A DNA stretch of 64,000 bases from Actinomycetaceae bacterium (GTDB lineage Bacteria; Actinomycetota; Actinomycetes; Actinomycetales; Actinomycetaceae). The stretch is taken from the NCBI GenBank assembly GCA_030527545.1, contig JAUNAP010000009.1, positions 7,185 to 71,184 on the forward strand, given 5' to 3'. The translations under genes and the position numbers were made by a program. Positions within the stretch are counted from its first letter, which is position 1, and every line of letters begins with the position of its first letter. This document shows, piece after piece, positions 10,286 to 21,019 of this stretch. The notes under the pieces were generated by a model. That model was given only the letters and a program-made list of their open reading frames with translations. It made no database searches and was not told the DNA's origin.

Positions 10286-12988
10286 ATGAGTCTCAACTCG
10301 CTCGGGGCGAAGAAGACCCTGACGGTCAACGGTGAGGACTACGAAATTTACGACCTACACGCCGTGGAGGGGCTCGACAAGCTTCCCTACGCGCTCAAGG
10401 TCCTGGCAGAAAACCTGCTGCGCAACGAGGATGGCGCCAACATCACGGCCGACCACGTACGTGCGCTCGCCAAGTGGGATCCGCAGGCAGAACCCGACAC
10501 CGAGATCCAGTTCACGCCCGCTCGAGTCATCATGCAGGACTTTACGGGCGTGCCGTGTGTCGTTGACCTTGCGACCATGCGTGAGGCCGTAGCCGATGCC
10601 GGCGGGGATCCGGCCTCGATCAATCCACAGGTGCCCGCAGAGATGGTCATCGACCACTCGGTACAGATCGACGAATTCGGAACGTCGGCGGCACTCGAAC
10701 GCAACATGGACATCGAGTACGAACGTAACCGCGAGCGCTACCAGTTCCTGCGTTGGGGCCAGGGCGCTTTTGCCAACTTCCGGGTTGTACCGCCGGGCAC
10801 GGGTATCGTCCACCAGGTCAACATCGAGTATTTGGCGCGCACCGTTTTCGTTGAGCGCGACGGCGAGGTCGCCAAGGCTTATCCCGACACGTGCGTGGGC
10901 ACGGATTCACATACGACGATGGTTAATGGCCTTGGTGTGCTCGGTTGGGGAGTTGGCGGCATTGAAGCCGAGGCAGCCATGCTCGGCCAGCCGGTCTCGA
11001 TGCTCATCCCGAAGGTGGTTGGGTTCAAGCTGACGGGTGAGATCCCCGCGGGAGCGACGGCTACAGACGTTGTGTTGACGATTACGCAGATGCTGCGCGA
11101 GCACGGGGTTGTCGGCAAGTTCGTCGAATTCTACGGTTCCGGTGTCGCGGCGGTGCCGCTGGCCAATCGCGCGACGATCGGCAACATGTCGCCCGAGTTT
11201 GGCTCGACGGCGGCGATTTTCCCCATCGACGACGTCACGCTGGAGTATCTGCGGCTCACCGGTCGCTCCGAAGACAGCGTCGCTATCGTCGAGGCCTATG
11301 CGAAGGAGCAGGGCCTGTGGCACGATCCTGCGCGGGAGGCCGCGTATTCGGAGTACCTTGAGTTGGATCTTTCGACCGTCGTGCCCTCGATCGCCGGCCC
11401 CAAACGCCCCCAGGACCGCATCGAGCTTGCGCGGGCAAAGGAGGCCTTCCTTGCCGCGGTCGGCGATTACGTCGCGGGCGAGAAGGAGAAGGATCCGCAG
11501 CTCGGTCGGCCGCGCCGCGAGGTGGAGGTCGAGATTGAGGGAGAGAAGGTGACGCTCGATCACGGCCGCGTCGTCATTGCTTCGATCACCTCGTGCACCA
11601 ATACGTCCAATCCCTCGGTCATGGTGGCGGCGGGTTTGCTGGCGAAGAAAGCCGTCGAGAAGGGCCTGCGTCGCAAGCCGTGGGTGAAGACCTCCCTCGC
11701 ACCGGGATCCCAGGTCGTTACCGACTACTACGGCGAAGCCAAACTCACGCCCTACCTGTCCAAGCTCGGCTTCGATCTTGTCGGATACGGCTGTACGACG
11801 TGCATCGGCAACTCCGGGCCGCTCATCGAGGAGGTCCACGAGGCCGTCAATGACGCCGATCTCACCGTCGTGTCGGTGCTGTCGGGTAACCGCAACTTCG
11901 AAGGGCGCATCAATCCCGACGTCAAGATGAACTACCTGGCGTCTCCGCCCCTCGTCATCGCCTACGCCCTCGCCGGGCGTATGGATATCGACTTCGACAA
12001 GGAGCCCCTCGGCCGCGACGAGGAGGGCAACGACGTGTTCCTCGCCGACATTTGGCCCGATGCTAGCGAAGTCGATGATCTCGTCAACGCCGCGATTACC
12101 CGCGAGATGTATGTCTCCGACTACGCTGACGTCTTTGCAGGCGATGAGCGGTGGCAATCGCTTGATGCCCCCGAAGGAGACACCTTCGAGTGGGACGCCG
12201 AGTCGACCTACGTGCGCAAGGCGCCCTTCTTCGAGGGCATGCCGGCCGAGCCGGAGCCGGTGAGCGACATCGCCGATGCTCGAGTCCTGCTTAAGCTCGG
12301 TGATTCGGTGACGACGGACCACATTTCTCCGGCGGGCGCGTTCGCTTCTTCGACGCCGGCCGGGCGCTACCTGCAAGAGCACGGGGTCGCGCGACGCGAC
12401 TTTAATTCCTACGGGTCGCGGCGTGGCAATCACGAGGTCATGATGCGGGGGACATTCGCGAACATCCGTATCAAGAATCAGCTCCTCGACGGGGTCGAAG
12501 GCGGCTTCACTCGTGACTTCACGAAGCCGGATGGGCCCCAGGCGAGCGTGTACGACGCGGCGCAGGCTTACGCGGAAGCTGGGGTTCCCCTCGTCGTCCT
12601 CGGCGGTAAGGAGTACGGCTCGGGTTCCTCGCGCGACTGGGCTGCGAAGGGCACCCTCCTGTTGGGCGTCAGGGCGGTCATTGCCGAGTCATTCGAGAGG
12701 ATTCACCGTTCGAATCTCATTGGCATGGGGGTGCTGCCACTGCAGTTCCCCGAGGGCCAATCGGCTGACACTCTTGGGCTGGACGGCACTGAAGTCTTCT
12801 CGATTTGCGGCATCGAAGCGCTCAACGCCGGTACGACGCCGCGAGAGGTGAGAGTAGTCGCGAAGCGAGACGACGGCGAGAGCGTGGAGTTTGATGCGCG
12901 CGTGCGCATCGACACGCCCGGTGAGGCGGACTACTACCGCCACGGCGGCATCCTCCACTACGTGCTGCGTCAACTCGCTCGCTCTTAG
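10286..12988 (+). CDS. acnA: Aconitate hydratase A
   Basis: The ~900-aa protein has the aconitase Fe-S cluster motifs ([17 protein letters not shown]). The start was set at the ATG at 10286, 5 nt after a GAGGAG RBS. Confidence 0.92.
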   Translation: MSLNSLGAKKTLTVNGEDYEIYDLHAVEGLDKLPYALKVLAENLLRNEDGANITADHVRALAKWDPQAEPDTEIQFTPARVIMQDFTGVPCVVDLATMREAVADAGGDPASINPQVPAEMVIDHSVQIDEFGTSAALERNMDIEYERNRERYQFLRWGQGAFANFRVVPPGTGIVHQVNIEYLARTVFVERDGEVAKAYPDTCVGTDSHTTMVNGLGVLGWGVGGIEAEAAMLGQPVSMLIPKVVGFKLTGEIPAGATATDVVLTITQMLREHGVVGKFVEFYGSGVAAVPLANRATIGNMSPEFGSTAAIFPIDDVTLEYLRLTGRSEDSVAIVEAYAKEQGLWHDPAREAAYSEYLELDLSTVVPSIAGPKRPQDRIELARAKEAFLAAVGDYVAGEKEKDPQLGRPRREVEVEIEGEKVTLDHGRVVIASITSCTNTSNPSVMVAAGLLAKKAVEKGLRRKPWVKTSLAPGSQVVTDYYGEAKLTPYLSKLGFDLVGYGCTTCIGNSGPLIEEVHEAVNDADLTVVSVLSGNRNFEGRINPDVKMNYLASPPLVIAYALAGRMDIDFDKEPLGRDEEGNDVFLADIWPDASEVDDLVNAAITREMYVSDYADVFAGDERWQSLDAPEGDTFEWDAESTYVRKAPFFEGMPAEPEPVSDIADARVLLKLGDSVTTDHISPAGAFASSTPAGRYLQEHGVARRDFNSYGSRRGNHEVMMRGTFANIRIKNQLLDGVEGGFTRDFTKPDGPQASVYDAAQAYAEAGVPLVVLGGKEYGSGSSRDWAAKGTLLLGVRAVIAESFERIHRSNLIGMGVLPLQFPEGQSADTLGLDGTEVFSICGIEALNAGTTPREVRVVAKRDDGESVEFDARVRIDTPGEADYYRHGGILHYVLRQLARS

Positions 12989-13000
12989 TCGACGCGATAG

Positions 13001-13037
13001 GGTGAGCCCTCGGGGCACCGCGCTCCGCGGGCTCACC
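13001..13037 (+). terminator. GC-rich hairpin after acn (GGTGAGCCC ... GGGCTCACC) with a weak T-tract
   Basis: A 9-bp inverted repeat sits 13 nt after the acn stop. Confidence 0.3.
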
Positions 13038-13061
13038 CGTTTGTCCACGGTCGGAGGAAAC

Positions 13062-14051
13062 ATGGCACGCATCATCGCAGGCGATATCGATCCTGACGAG
13101 AATCGGTTCTTTGATGCGTGGCAGCGTGATCACCGGCAGTGGCAGATCGAGAGGCACCCTGGGCACCTCACTCGGGCCGACCTCGACATTGAGGGGGACT
13201 ACGAATGCGTGTCGGTTCTCGGGTCCCCGCTCGATCGTGAGCTCATTGAAACCGCTGCCTCTCACGGATGCCGCGTCATCACGAACCGTTCGATCGGCTA
13301 CGACAACGTTGACCTCGAGGCAGCGAGACGCTGTGGGATCACGGTGACGAACGTCGACTACTCGCCGGGATCGGTCGCGGAGTTCACGCTCATGCTCATG
13401 CTCATGCTCCTGCGTAAGATCGAGCCGATGCGCGCGCACTACCGCATCCAGGATTTCCGCACCGATGGTCTCGACGGGCGCGAGCTGTCTAATCTCACCG
13501 TGGGCATCGTCGGGGCGGGACGTATCGGCGGCAGGCTCGCCGAACTGCTGTCGGGATTCGGGACGCGGGTGCTCGCCTACGATCCAATCCAGCGCAAGGA
13601 GCTCGCCGGACTCGTCGACTATCGGCCGCTGCCGGAGGTTCTCGCTGCCAGCGACATCATCACGCTCCATAGCCTTCTCGATGACTCGAACGTGCACCTC
13701 ATCGATGCCGATGCGTTGAGCCAGATGAAGGAGGGGGCGCTCCTCGTCAATTGCGCACGTGGCCCCCTGCTCGACACGGGTGCGCTCGTGGCCGCCCTCC
13801 AATCCGGCCACCTCGCCGGCGCCGCCCTCGACGTCTTCGAGGGCGAGGTCGACTACTACTTCCAGGACTGTCGTACACGCACGATCTGCCATCCGTACTG
13901 GTCCCAGCTCGCGGCTATGCGCCAGGTCATCCTCACCCCCCACCTTGCCTATTTCACCCTCGACGCGGTCGAGGACATGGTGTGCGGGTCGCTGCGTCAC
14001 ATGAGTAACGTTCTCGCAGGCGAGCCGTGCGACCACATCGTCTCCGACTGA
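13062..14051 (+). CDS. D-isomer-specific 2-hydroxyacid dehydrogenase family protein (D-lactate dehydrogenase-like)
   Basis: GIVGAGRIGGRLA NAD-binding motif and the catalytic-domain pattern. The ATG at 13062 follows GGAGGA. Confidence 0.8.
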   Translation: MARIIAGDIDPDENRFFDAWQRDHRQWQIERHPGHLTRADLDIEGDYECVSVLGSPLDRELIETAASHGCRVITNRSIGYDNVDLEAARRCGITVTNVDYSPGSVAEFTLMLMLMLLRKIEPMRAHYRIQDFRTDGLDGRELSNLTVGIVGAGRIGGRLAELLSGFGTRVLAYDPIQRKELAGLVDYRPLPEVLAASDIITLHSLLDDSNVHLIDADALSQMKEGALLVNCARGPLLDTGALVAALQSGHLAGAALDVFEGEVDYYFQDCRTRTICHPYWSQLAAMRQVILTPHLAYFTLDAVEDMVCGSLRHMSNVLAGEPCDHIVSD

Positions 14052-14240
14052 CCTGCTCATTCGCCAAAGACAAAGTTCCCCTGCTGCACATTAGTGCACG
14101 ATGGTGACGGGGTGCCCCAGTGAACCGCGTGTCCACGCGGTAGCGTTGCGCCGGGCTCATGGCCGCTCGTAGAGAACCCTTCTGGCTCCGATCGATAGCG
14201 AGTACCATCAGCCCCGGAACTAACGTCCTACCTGCTTTGA

Positions 14241-15524
14241 ATGAGGAAGCCAATGTCGACACCCTCGAGGGAACAGCCATCGTCCCAGATCACTTCGAGT
14301 GACCACGCAACCGACCGTTCGTGGGCCGTCAGCCTTTTCGGTACCGCCGTCGGGGCGGGCATCTTATTCCTGCCCATCAACGCGGGAGCCCACGGCCTGT
14401 GGCCCCTGCTTATCGTCACCATCCTCATCGCCCCCATGACCTACTTCGCCCACCGGGGACTCGCTCGGTTCGTGTGTGCTTCACCGTGGAAAGGCGACGA
14501 CATCACGAAGGTAGCAGCGGGCTACTTCGGCGGCGGATGGGGAAGGGCACTGACCGTGCTGTACTTCCTCGCGATCTATCCCATCGTGCTTATCTACGGC
14601 GTCGGGATCACGAACACGATCGACTCGCTCATCGTCAACCAGCTCGGCGGACCCCAGATTCCCCGTTTCCTTCTAGCGGGCGTCCTCGTTGCCATCATGA
14701 TGGCGGTCATGATTGCCGGGCAAAAGATCATGCTCGTCGTCACGCAGGCCCTCGTCTACCCGCTCATTGTTCTTCTATTTGCGATCTCGCTCTATCTCAT
14801 CCCCTCGTGGCACATCGATGCCGGCTTCACGGCGATGCCCGGCTTTGGGGAGCTGGTGACCTCCGTGTGGATCATCATCCCAGTTCTCGTTTTTGCCTTT
14901 AACCACTCGCCGGCAATCTCCCAGTTTTCTCTTGCCATGCAGCGAGCCCACGGGGAAGAGGCTGCGCAGCGGGCCTCGAAAGTTCTTGCGTGGACGACGG
15001 GTATGCTCGTCGTCTTCACGATGACGTTCGTGTGGTCGTGCGTACTCGCCCTCGGTGCGGACGGGCTCGCCGCCGCGCGAGAAGCTAACCTGCCCGTGCT
15101 GTCGCACCTGGCCAACGTCCACCATGCGCCGGTCATCGCGTACATGGGACCGCTCATCGCCATCGCCGCCATCGGCTCATCCTTCTTCGGCCACTATCTC
15201 GGGGCCGCCGAGGGCGCGTGCGGCATCGTGCGCGACTGCGCGCCGAGCTTCGTCGAACGCGTGGGAGAGAAGAAAGTACGCGGCGGCGTCGCGATCTTCA
15301 TGTTCCTCACCACATGGCTCGTGGCCGTCGTTAATCCGTCGATCCTTTCTCTCATCGAGTCACTGTCCGGCCCCGTCATCGCTGCGATCCTCTACCTCAT
15401 GCCCATGTATGCCATCTACAAGGTCGACGCTCTCAAGCGCTTCCGCGGACGGGTATCCAACATTTTCGTCATCATCATGGGGATCGTAGCGATCAGCGCT
15501 ATCCTGTACACCCTCGTCGTCTAA
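14241..15524 (+). CDS. sdaC: Serine/threonine transporter of the HAAAP family (SdaC-like)
   Basis: It is an 11-TM permease located immediately upstream of L-serine dehydratase. An alternative ATG lies at 14253. Confidence 0.7.
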   Translation: MRKPMSTPSREQPSSQITSSDHATDRSWAVSLFGTAVGAGILFLPINAGAHGLWPLLIVTILIAPMTYFAHRGLARFVCASPWKGDDITKVAAGYFGGGWGRALTVLYFLAIYPIVLIYGVGITNTIDSLIVNQLGGPQIPRFLLAGVLVAIMMAVMIAGQKIMLVVTQALVYPLIVLLFAISLYLIPSWHIDAGFTAMPGFGELVTSVWIIIPVLVFAFNHSPAISQFSLAMQRAHGEEAAQRASKVLAWTTGMLVVFTMTFVWSCVLALGADGLAAAREANLPVLSHLANVHHAPVIAYMGPLIAIAAIGSSFFGHYLGAAEGACGIVRDCAPSFVERVGEKKVRGGVAIFMFLTTWLVAVVNPSILSLIESLSGPVIAAILYLMPMYAIYKVDALKRFRGRVSNIFVIIMGIVAISAILYTLVV

Positions 15525-15537
15525 GTAGGAGAACAAC

Positions 15538-16962
15538 GTGACTGTTTCTGTCTTCGATCTCTTCTCCGTCGGGGTGGGACCTTCGTCGTCGCACACGGTC
15601 GGCCCGATGACCGCCGGCGCCGACTTCGCCGACCTCGTGCGCACTCACGGCAAGCTCGATGACGTAGCCTCGCTGGTTGTTGATCTCTACGGCTCCCTTG
15701 CCGCGACTGGACGGGGCCACGGGACGTTCCCTGCCGTGCTGCTGGGACTCGAGGGACATCGGCCCGAAACGATTACTCCCCAAACAATCGATACGCGTAG
15801 TGCTGAGATCGAGCAGGGAAATCCCCTGCGTTTCGGCGGGGATGGCCCGCAGGTGCATCTGCGCGTCGCCGATCTCGTTTTGCATCCGCTCACGTTCTTG
15901 CCCCGCCACTCCAACGGCATGCGTTTTCGCGCGCTCGATAAGAATGGCAACGTTCTCGTGGAGCGGTATTCCTACTCGATTGGTGGGGGATTCGTCGTCC
16001 ACGATGACGAAGACACCTCGGCGATCACCCTCGATGAGTGCGAGGTACCCTACGACTATTCAACGGCGGCCGAGCTCATGGACCACTGTGAACGCTCCGG
16101 CCTATCGGTGGCCGAGATCGCCTGGGCCAACGAGTGCGCCTCGCGCAGCGAGGAGGAGGTGCGCGAGGGGCTGCTCCACCTCGCCGCCGTCATGCAAGAA
16201 TGCAAGGACAACTCCCTGACTCGCACGGGCGTCCTGCCAGGCGGATTGGGGACACGCCGCCGGGCACCGCAGTGGTACGAGCGCCTGTGCACGATCGACC
16301 CCCACCGCGACATTCGCTACTGGGTCGAATGGGTCAATCTCGTCGCGCTGGCCGTTAACGAGGAGAATGCCTCGGGCGGGCGGGTTGTCACGGCGCCGAC
16401 GAACGGCGCCGCAGGCATCATTCCCGCCGTGCTGTTCTATGCGACGCACTATTCCGACCGGGCTGCGACACTCATGAACGATCACGGCTATTCATTCTCG
16501 GATCGACGCGAGGGGATGGACGACGTCGTGTGCGAATTCCTCCTTGCTGCGGGTGCCATCGGCTCCGTCATCAAGGAGCAGTCTTCGATCTCGGGTGCGG
16601 AGGTCGGTTGCCAGGGGGAGGTCGGCTCTGCCTCTTCGATGGCTGCCGCCGGTCTCACCCAGGTGATGGGAGGCTCGCCGAAACAGGTGATGACCGCAGC
16701 CGAGATCGCGATGGAACATCATTTGGGACTCACCTGCGACCCTGTGGGCGGTCTCGTCCAGGTGCCGTGCATCGAACGCAACGCCATCGCGGCAGTCAAG
16801 GCAGTCAACGCCTCACGCATGGCTCTCATCGACGGCGACGGTGCCTCGATCGTGTCTTTGGACAACGTCGTGAAGACGATGAAAAAGACCGGCGCTGACA
16901 TGTCCGAAAAGTACAAGGAAACCGCACTCGGGGGGCTTGCCGTCACCATCGTTGAGTGCTAG
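15538..16962 (+). CDS. sdaA: L-serine ammonia-lyase, iron-sulfur-dependent, single chain
   Basis: The protein starts [24 protein letters not shown] and contains the alpha and beta serine dehydratase domains. Confidence 0.9.
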   Translation: MTVSVFDLFSVGVGPSSSHTVGPMTAGADFADLVRTHGKLDDVASLVVDLYGSLAATGRGHGTFPAVLLGLEGHRPETITPQTIDTRSAEIEQGNPLRFGGDGPQVHLRVADLVLHPLTFLPRHSNGMRFRALDKNGNVLVERYSYSIGGGFVVHDDEDTSAITLDECEVPYDYSTAAELMDHCERSGLSVAEIAWANECASRSEEEVREGLLHLAAVMQECKDNSLTRTGVLPGGLGTRRRAPQWYERLCTIDPHRDIRYWVEWVNLVALAVNEENASGGRVVTAPTNGAAGIIPAVLFYATHYSDRAATLMNDHGYSFSDRREGMDDVVCEFLLAAGAIGSVIKEQSSISGAEVGCQGEVGSASSMAAAGLTQVMGGSPKQVMTAAEIAMEHHLGLTCDPVGGLVQVPCIERNAIAAVKAVNASRMALIDGDGASIVSLDNVVKTMKKTGADMSEKYKETALGGLAVTIVEC

Positions 16963-16972
16963 ATGTTCCCTA

Positions 16973-17023
16973 CCTAAGCCTTGCGGCGGAGACCGAGATA
17001 AGGTCTCCGCCGCAAGGCTTAGG
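16973..17023. terminator. Perfect 22-bp-arm hairpin (CCTAAGCCTTGCGGCGGAGACC-gagataa-GGTCTCCGCCGCAAGGCTTAGG). It is a bidirectional terminator between the convergent sdaA and S9 peptidase genes
   Basis: The inverted repeat is read directly from the sequence. Confidence 0.6.
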
Positions 17024-17029
17024 CGTGCG

Positions 17030-19009
17030 TTAAGCGCGGTCCGGCTGCGGGATTGCCCACACGCGGCGGTAGAACGCAAGTTCGCTCAACAGAGCCTTCT
17101 TCTTGGCCTCCCACGTCCGGAAGCCGTGAGACTCGCCGGGGAAGGTGTGAACTTCCACGTCGACACCACGCGAGCGCAGCGCATCGGCGATCGCACGCGT
17201 TTGCGAGGGGGGAACGATCGGATCGTCCTCGCCTTGGAGGAGAAGCACAGGCACGTCGATGGTCTCGACCAGCTCGAGCGGGGAACGCTCACGGAAAACG
17301 GGGTCGGCCGGGGAGTCAGCCCCCAAGAGCCGGTAGACGTAGCGGGATTCGAACTTGTGGGTGTCGCCGGCGATCCGGGCGAGATCAGCGACGCCATAGT
17401 GCGATACACAGCAGCTGAAAGTATCTGTGCGCGCCGCGGCCGACAGTGCCGTGAATCCGCCGGCGGAGGCCCCCCGGATGGCCATGCGAGTCCCATCGAC
17501 GTAGCCCGCCTCGGCGAGATAGCGGGCACCACTTGCGCAGTCGGCAACGTCGCGGATGCCCCAGTAGCCATCGAGCGCATCCCGATAGGCGCGACCGTAG
17601 CCCGTCGACCCGCGGTAGTTGACATCGAGGACGGCGAATCCGCGCGTCGTCCAATATTGGATCGCGGGGCGAAGTCCCGTGCGCGCCGCCGATGTCGGCC
17701 CACCGTGTGCGATGGTGATGAGCGGTGGTAGCTCTCCGTCCATGCCGCAGTGGCGACGCGACATGGGTGCGTAGAAGAACCCGTTGATTTCTGCGCCGTC
17801 CTCGCTGGTCCAACGCATCGGCTCGGCTACCGAGACATCGTGGCCTGCCACATCGAGATCGGCGCACGAACGCAGCACCCGGGTGCGTCCTTCCTTGATT
17901 TCGACGACGGACTCAAAGGCGCGCGGGTGATCCGCGAGCATGACAGTACGCCCGCCACTGGAAGCGACGTTGCCCGATGGCGCCCATCCCGATGGCCACT
18001 CCTCGAGTTGGCCGTTATCGAGCCGGATCGTGCCGAGATGCCACTGGCCCTGTAGGCACCAGGCGGCAACCAGATGATCGGCGTCGAGAACGTCGAAGGA
18101 GTGAAGACCGAGCTGCCAGGCGGGGGAGGAAAAAGCGCGTTGGGAGGGGTGGAGTGCCCTGGTGCGCAGCCCTTCCCACCAGCGATCTTTCTCAAACCCC
18201 TCGGTTCGATAGAGGTTGGCCCACCCGTTGGAGTCGTCGACGTGGATGAGGTCGTCGGCGTCACTCCAACGCGGCTGCTGTGCGGCGACGCCCTCGGCAT
18301 CGACGAGCACGTGGACGCGCTCGACACGCCCGGCCTCGTCAAGGCGCGCCACCCTCAGCTCGGCTTTCTGCCAGGGCATGTGTGGGTGGGACCAGGTGAC
18401 GAAGGCAAGATAGCGACCGTCATGGGAGAGGGCGGGGGCCGCGACGAAGTCCGAATCCGCCCACAACTCAGCGATCGCCTCGACCTCGCGGGCCCCCGAT
18501 GCATCCAGGGGAACGGCCACGAGGGAGTTTCGAGGCTCGCCGTCTGCGTCGTGATCCTCCCGGATGCAATAGACCAGGCCCCGGGCCGTGTCGATCGTCA
18601 TGTCGGAGTAGCGATCGTTGATCTGGGGTGTCAACCGCGTGAGCCCACCGGTGGGGGCATCGACGTCGAAACGGTAGAGGCAGTTGTCTCCGCCGTGAGA
18701 AACGACGATCACCCCTTCGGCAAGTCCGTAGGCCTTACCTCCGTACTCGTGGACCCTCGAACGTACGTCGACGAGCTCGGCATCAGCCGTCATCGGTAGA
18801 ACCTCGTTTGTCTGCCCGTCGCCGCTCATGCGCAACAAGACGTTGCGGCCACCGTCGAGCGAGCGCGATTCAACCCAATAGGTGTCCGTGCCGTGGACAC
18901 GCACCTGCGAGAGCACGAGCGTCTTATGGGTGAGAACGTCGGCGGTCAGTTCAGCCTCCCAGGCACCAAAAGGAGCGGGCTGGCGTTGAGGCGTCGAAGT
19001 CGATGTCAT
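17030..19009 (-). CDS. S9 family peptidase (prolyl oligopeptidase / acylaminoacyl-peptidase-like; beta-propeller plus alpha/beta hydrolase)
   Basis: The catalytic GASAGG serine motif and a C-terminal hydrolase domain are present. The start was trimmed to MTSTSTPQRQ (ATG 19009) because the longer ORF would overlap dxs. Confidence 0.75.
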   Translation of the reverse strand: MTSTSTPQRQPAPFGAWEAELTADVLTHKTLVLSQVRVHGTDTYWVESRSLDGGRNVLLRMSGDGQTNEVLPMTADAELVDVRSRVHEYGGKAYGLAEGVIVVSHGGDNCLYRFDVDAPTGGLTRLTPQINDRYSDMTIDTARGLVYCIREDHDADGEPRNSLVAVPLDASGAREVEAIAELWADSDFVAAPALSHDGRYLAFVTWSHPHMPWQKAELRVARLDEAGRVERVHVLVDAEGVAAQQPRWSDADDLIHVDDSNGWANLYRTEGFEKDRWWEGLRTRALHPSQRAFSSPAWQLGLHSFDVLDADHLVAAWCLQGQWHLGTIRLDNGQLEEWPSGWAPSGNVASSGGRTVMLADHPRAFESVVEIKEGRTRVLRSCADLDVAGHDVSVAEPMRWTSEDGAEINGFFYAPMSRRHCGMDGELPPLITIAHGGPTSAARTGLRPAIQYWTTRGFAVLDVNYRGSTGYGRAYRDALDGYWGIRDVADCASGARYLAEAGYVDGTRMAIRGASAGGFTALSAAARTDTFSCCVSHYGVADLARIAGDTHKFESRYVYRLLGADSPADPVFRERSPLELVETIDVPVLLLQGEDDPIVPPSQTRAIADALRSRGVDVEVHTFPGESHGFRTWEAKKKALLSELAFYRRVWAIPQPDRA

Positions 19010-19159
19010 AGGCCTATCGTACGCGCCGACACCAAGAGAAGGGCAAGCGAAGCCCAAAAGCGAAACACGAGGGGGATGAAGCGTGAGAGGAAAGATGTCG
19101 CGAGCCCGTCGAGGACGTAGGCTTGGATACGAGTACTGGACGTAAGGAGGACAAGGGGC

Positions 19160-21019
19160 ATGAGCGGACTCATGGAGAGGGTGAGGAACCCCCGCGACCT
19201 GCGGCGATTGACCGCCCTCGAGCTCGATGCCTTGGCGGAGGAAATTCGACGTTTCCTCATCGTCAACGTTGCACGCACCGGTGGGCACATGGGGCCCAAC
19301 CTTGGGGTTGTGGAACTGACGATCGCCCTTCATCGCGTCTTCGACTCCCCTCGAGACACCATCATCTTCGATACTGGTCATCAGGCCTACGTTCACAAGA
19401 TCCTCACGGGGCGTCAGGTTTTTTCGCACCTGCGATCCGAAGGCGGCCTTTCGGGCTACCCCTCGCGCGCCGAATCCCCTCACGACGTCGTCGAAAACTC
19501 CCACGCGTCGGCGTCTTTATCGTGGGCGCTGGGAGTGGCGAAGGCGAAAAAACTCGCCGGCGATGATTCGTGGACAGTCGCCGTTATCGGCGATGGTGCC
19601 CTCACCGGCGGGATGGCTTGGGAAGGGCTCAACACCATCGCCGACGACCCGAACCTGCGCCTCGTCATCGTCGTTAACGACAACGCGCGCTCCTACGCGC
19701 CGACCATAGGCGGGCTCGCCCACCACATGGACGCGTTGCGCACCAATCCCGCCTACGAAAAGGCCCTCGAATGGGGCAAAAGGAAGCTGCGTTCTTCCGG
19801 GAAACCCGGAAATATCGCCTACGACGCCCTCCACGGTCTCAAACGCGGCATGCATGATGCGATTGCGCCCCAGGCCATGTTCGCCGACATCGGTATCAAA
19901 TACACGGGGCCGGTCGATGGGCACGACATTATCGCTGCCGAGTTCCAGCTCACGCGTGCGCGCGAATTTGCTCGTCCTGTCATCGTCCACGCGATCACCG
20001 TCAAGGGGCGCGGCTACAATTTCGCCGAGGAACACGTCGCGGATCGTTTCCACGCCATCGGTCCCATCCACCCTGAGACGGGCCTTCCCGTCGAGCAGTC
20101 GCGCTTCGGATGGGGCAACGTCGTTGCCGAGGAGCTCCTCGAAGCGGCCCGGTCAGATGCCGATCTCGTTGGCATCACCGCCGCGATGCTTGATCCGGTG
20201 GGGTTGGGCCCGTTCGCACAGGAGTTTCCCGACCGGGTTCTCGACGTTGGCATCGCCGAGCAAAATGCCCTTGCAGTCGCCGCTGGGCTCGCCTTTGCCG
20301 GTAAGCATCCGGTTGTTGCCCTGTATGCGACCTTCCTCAACCGCGCCTTCGACCAGCTCCTCATGGATGCTGCGCTTCACGACGCAGGCGTGACGATCCT
20401 GTTGGATCGGGCTGGTATCACCGGTACGGACGGAGCCTCGCACAATGGCATGTGGGATATTGCGATAGGCGGCATCATTCCGGGACTCGCTCTCGCGGCT
20501 CCCCGGGACGAAGCAACCTTGAGACGCTACGTCCGCGAGGCGCTGGCCGTCCACGATCATCCCACGCTCGTTCGCTACCCCAAGGGCGATCTACCGAGCG
20601 ACCTCGCTGTTATCGGCAGTCTCGGTGGGGCAGACCTCCTCTATGGCAACACCGAGGCAAGAGTAGCTCTTGTGGGAGTTGGACCTCTCGCTCACCGTTG
20701 CGTAGAAGCAGCTACGAGGCTCAAGGACGCCGGAACGGACGCCGCCGTCATCGATCCTGGATGGATCTTCCCCGTAAAGGAATCCTTCGTCCGTGCCCTG
20801 GCGAACTTCGACGTCGTCGTGACCTGCGAGGACGGCCTCGAGACCTCCGGGTACGGGATACAGCTGGGGGAGAGGCTCGAACGGGCTGGTTTCTCGGGGC
20901 GGCACCGCGCCTTCGGTATCCCGAGGGAGTTCATTCACCAGGCGAGCCGCGACTCCATCTTGTCGCGTCTGGGGCTTGACGCCGACGGGATCGCTTCGAG
21001 GGTGCTCGAACTCGTCTAA
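19160..21019 (+). CDS. dxs: 1-deoxy-D-xylulose-5-phosphate synthase
   Basis: GHQAYVHKILTGR signature and a TPP-binding domain. Confidence 0.92.
   Translation: MSGLMERVRNPRDLRRLTALELDALAEEIRRFLIVNVARTGGHMGPNLGVVELTIALHRVFDSPRDTIIFDTGHQAYVHKILTGRQVFSHLRSEGGLSGYPSRAESPHDVVENSHASASLSWALGVAKAKKLAGDDSWTVAVIGDGALTGGMAWEGLNTIADDPNLRLVIVVNDNARSYAPTIGGLAHHMDALRTNPAYEKALEWGKRKLRSSGKPGNIAYDALHGLKRGMHDAIAPQAMFADIGIKYTGPVDGHDIIAAEFQLTRAREFARPVIVHAITVKGRGYNFAEEHVADRFHAIGPIHPETGLPVEQSRFGWGNVVAEELLEAARSDADLVGITAAMLDPVGLGPFAQEFPDRVLDVGIAEQNALAVAAGLAFAGKHPVVALYATFLNRAFDQLLMDAALHDAGVTILLDRAGITGTDGASHNGMWDIAIGGIIPGLALAAPRDEATLRRYVREALAVHDHPTLVRYPKGDLPSDLAVIGSLGGADLLYGNTEARVALVGVGPLAHRCVEAATRLKDAGTDAAVIDPGWIFPVKESFVRALANFDVVVTCEDGLETSGYGIQLGERLERAGFSGRHRAFGIPREFIHQASRDSILSRLGLDADGIASRVLELV

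Noticed and set aside
10907-12433. 508-aa minus-strand ORF
   Set aside because: It is antisense to aconitase
12822-14060. 412-aa minus-strand ORF
   Set aside because: It is antisense to the acn 3' end and the 2-hydroxyacid dehydrogenase
17030-19504. Full 824-aa version of the S9 peptidase ORF
   Set aside because: The 5' 165 codons overlap dxs and its promoter region and have junk-like composition. The start was trimmed to MTSTSTPQ
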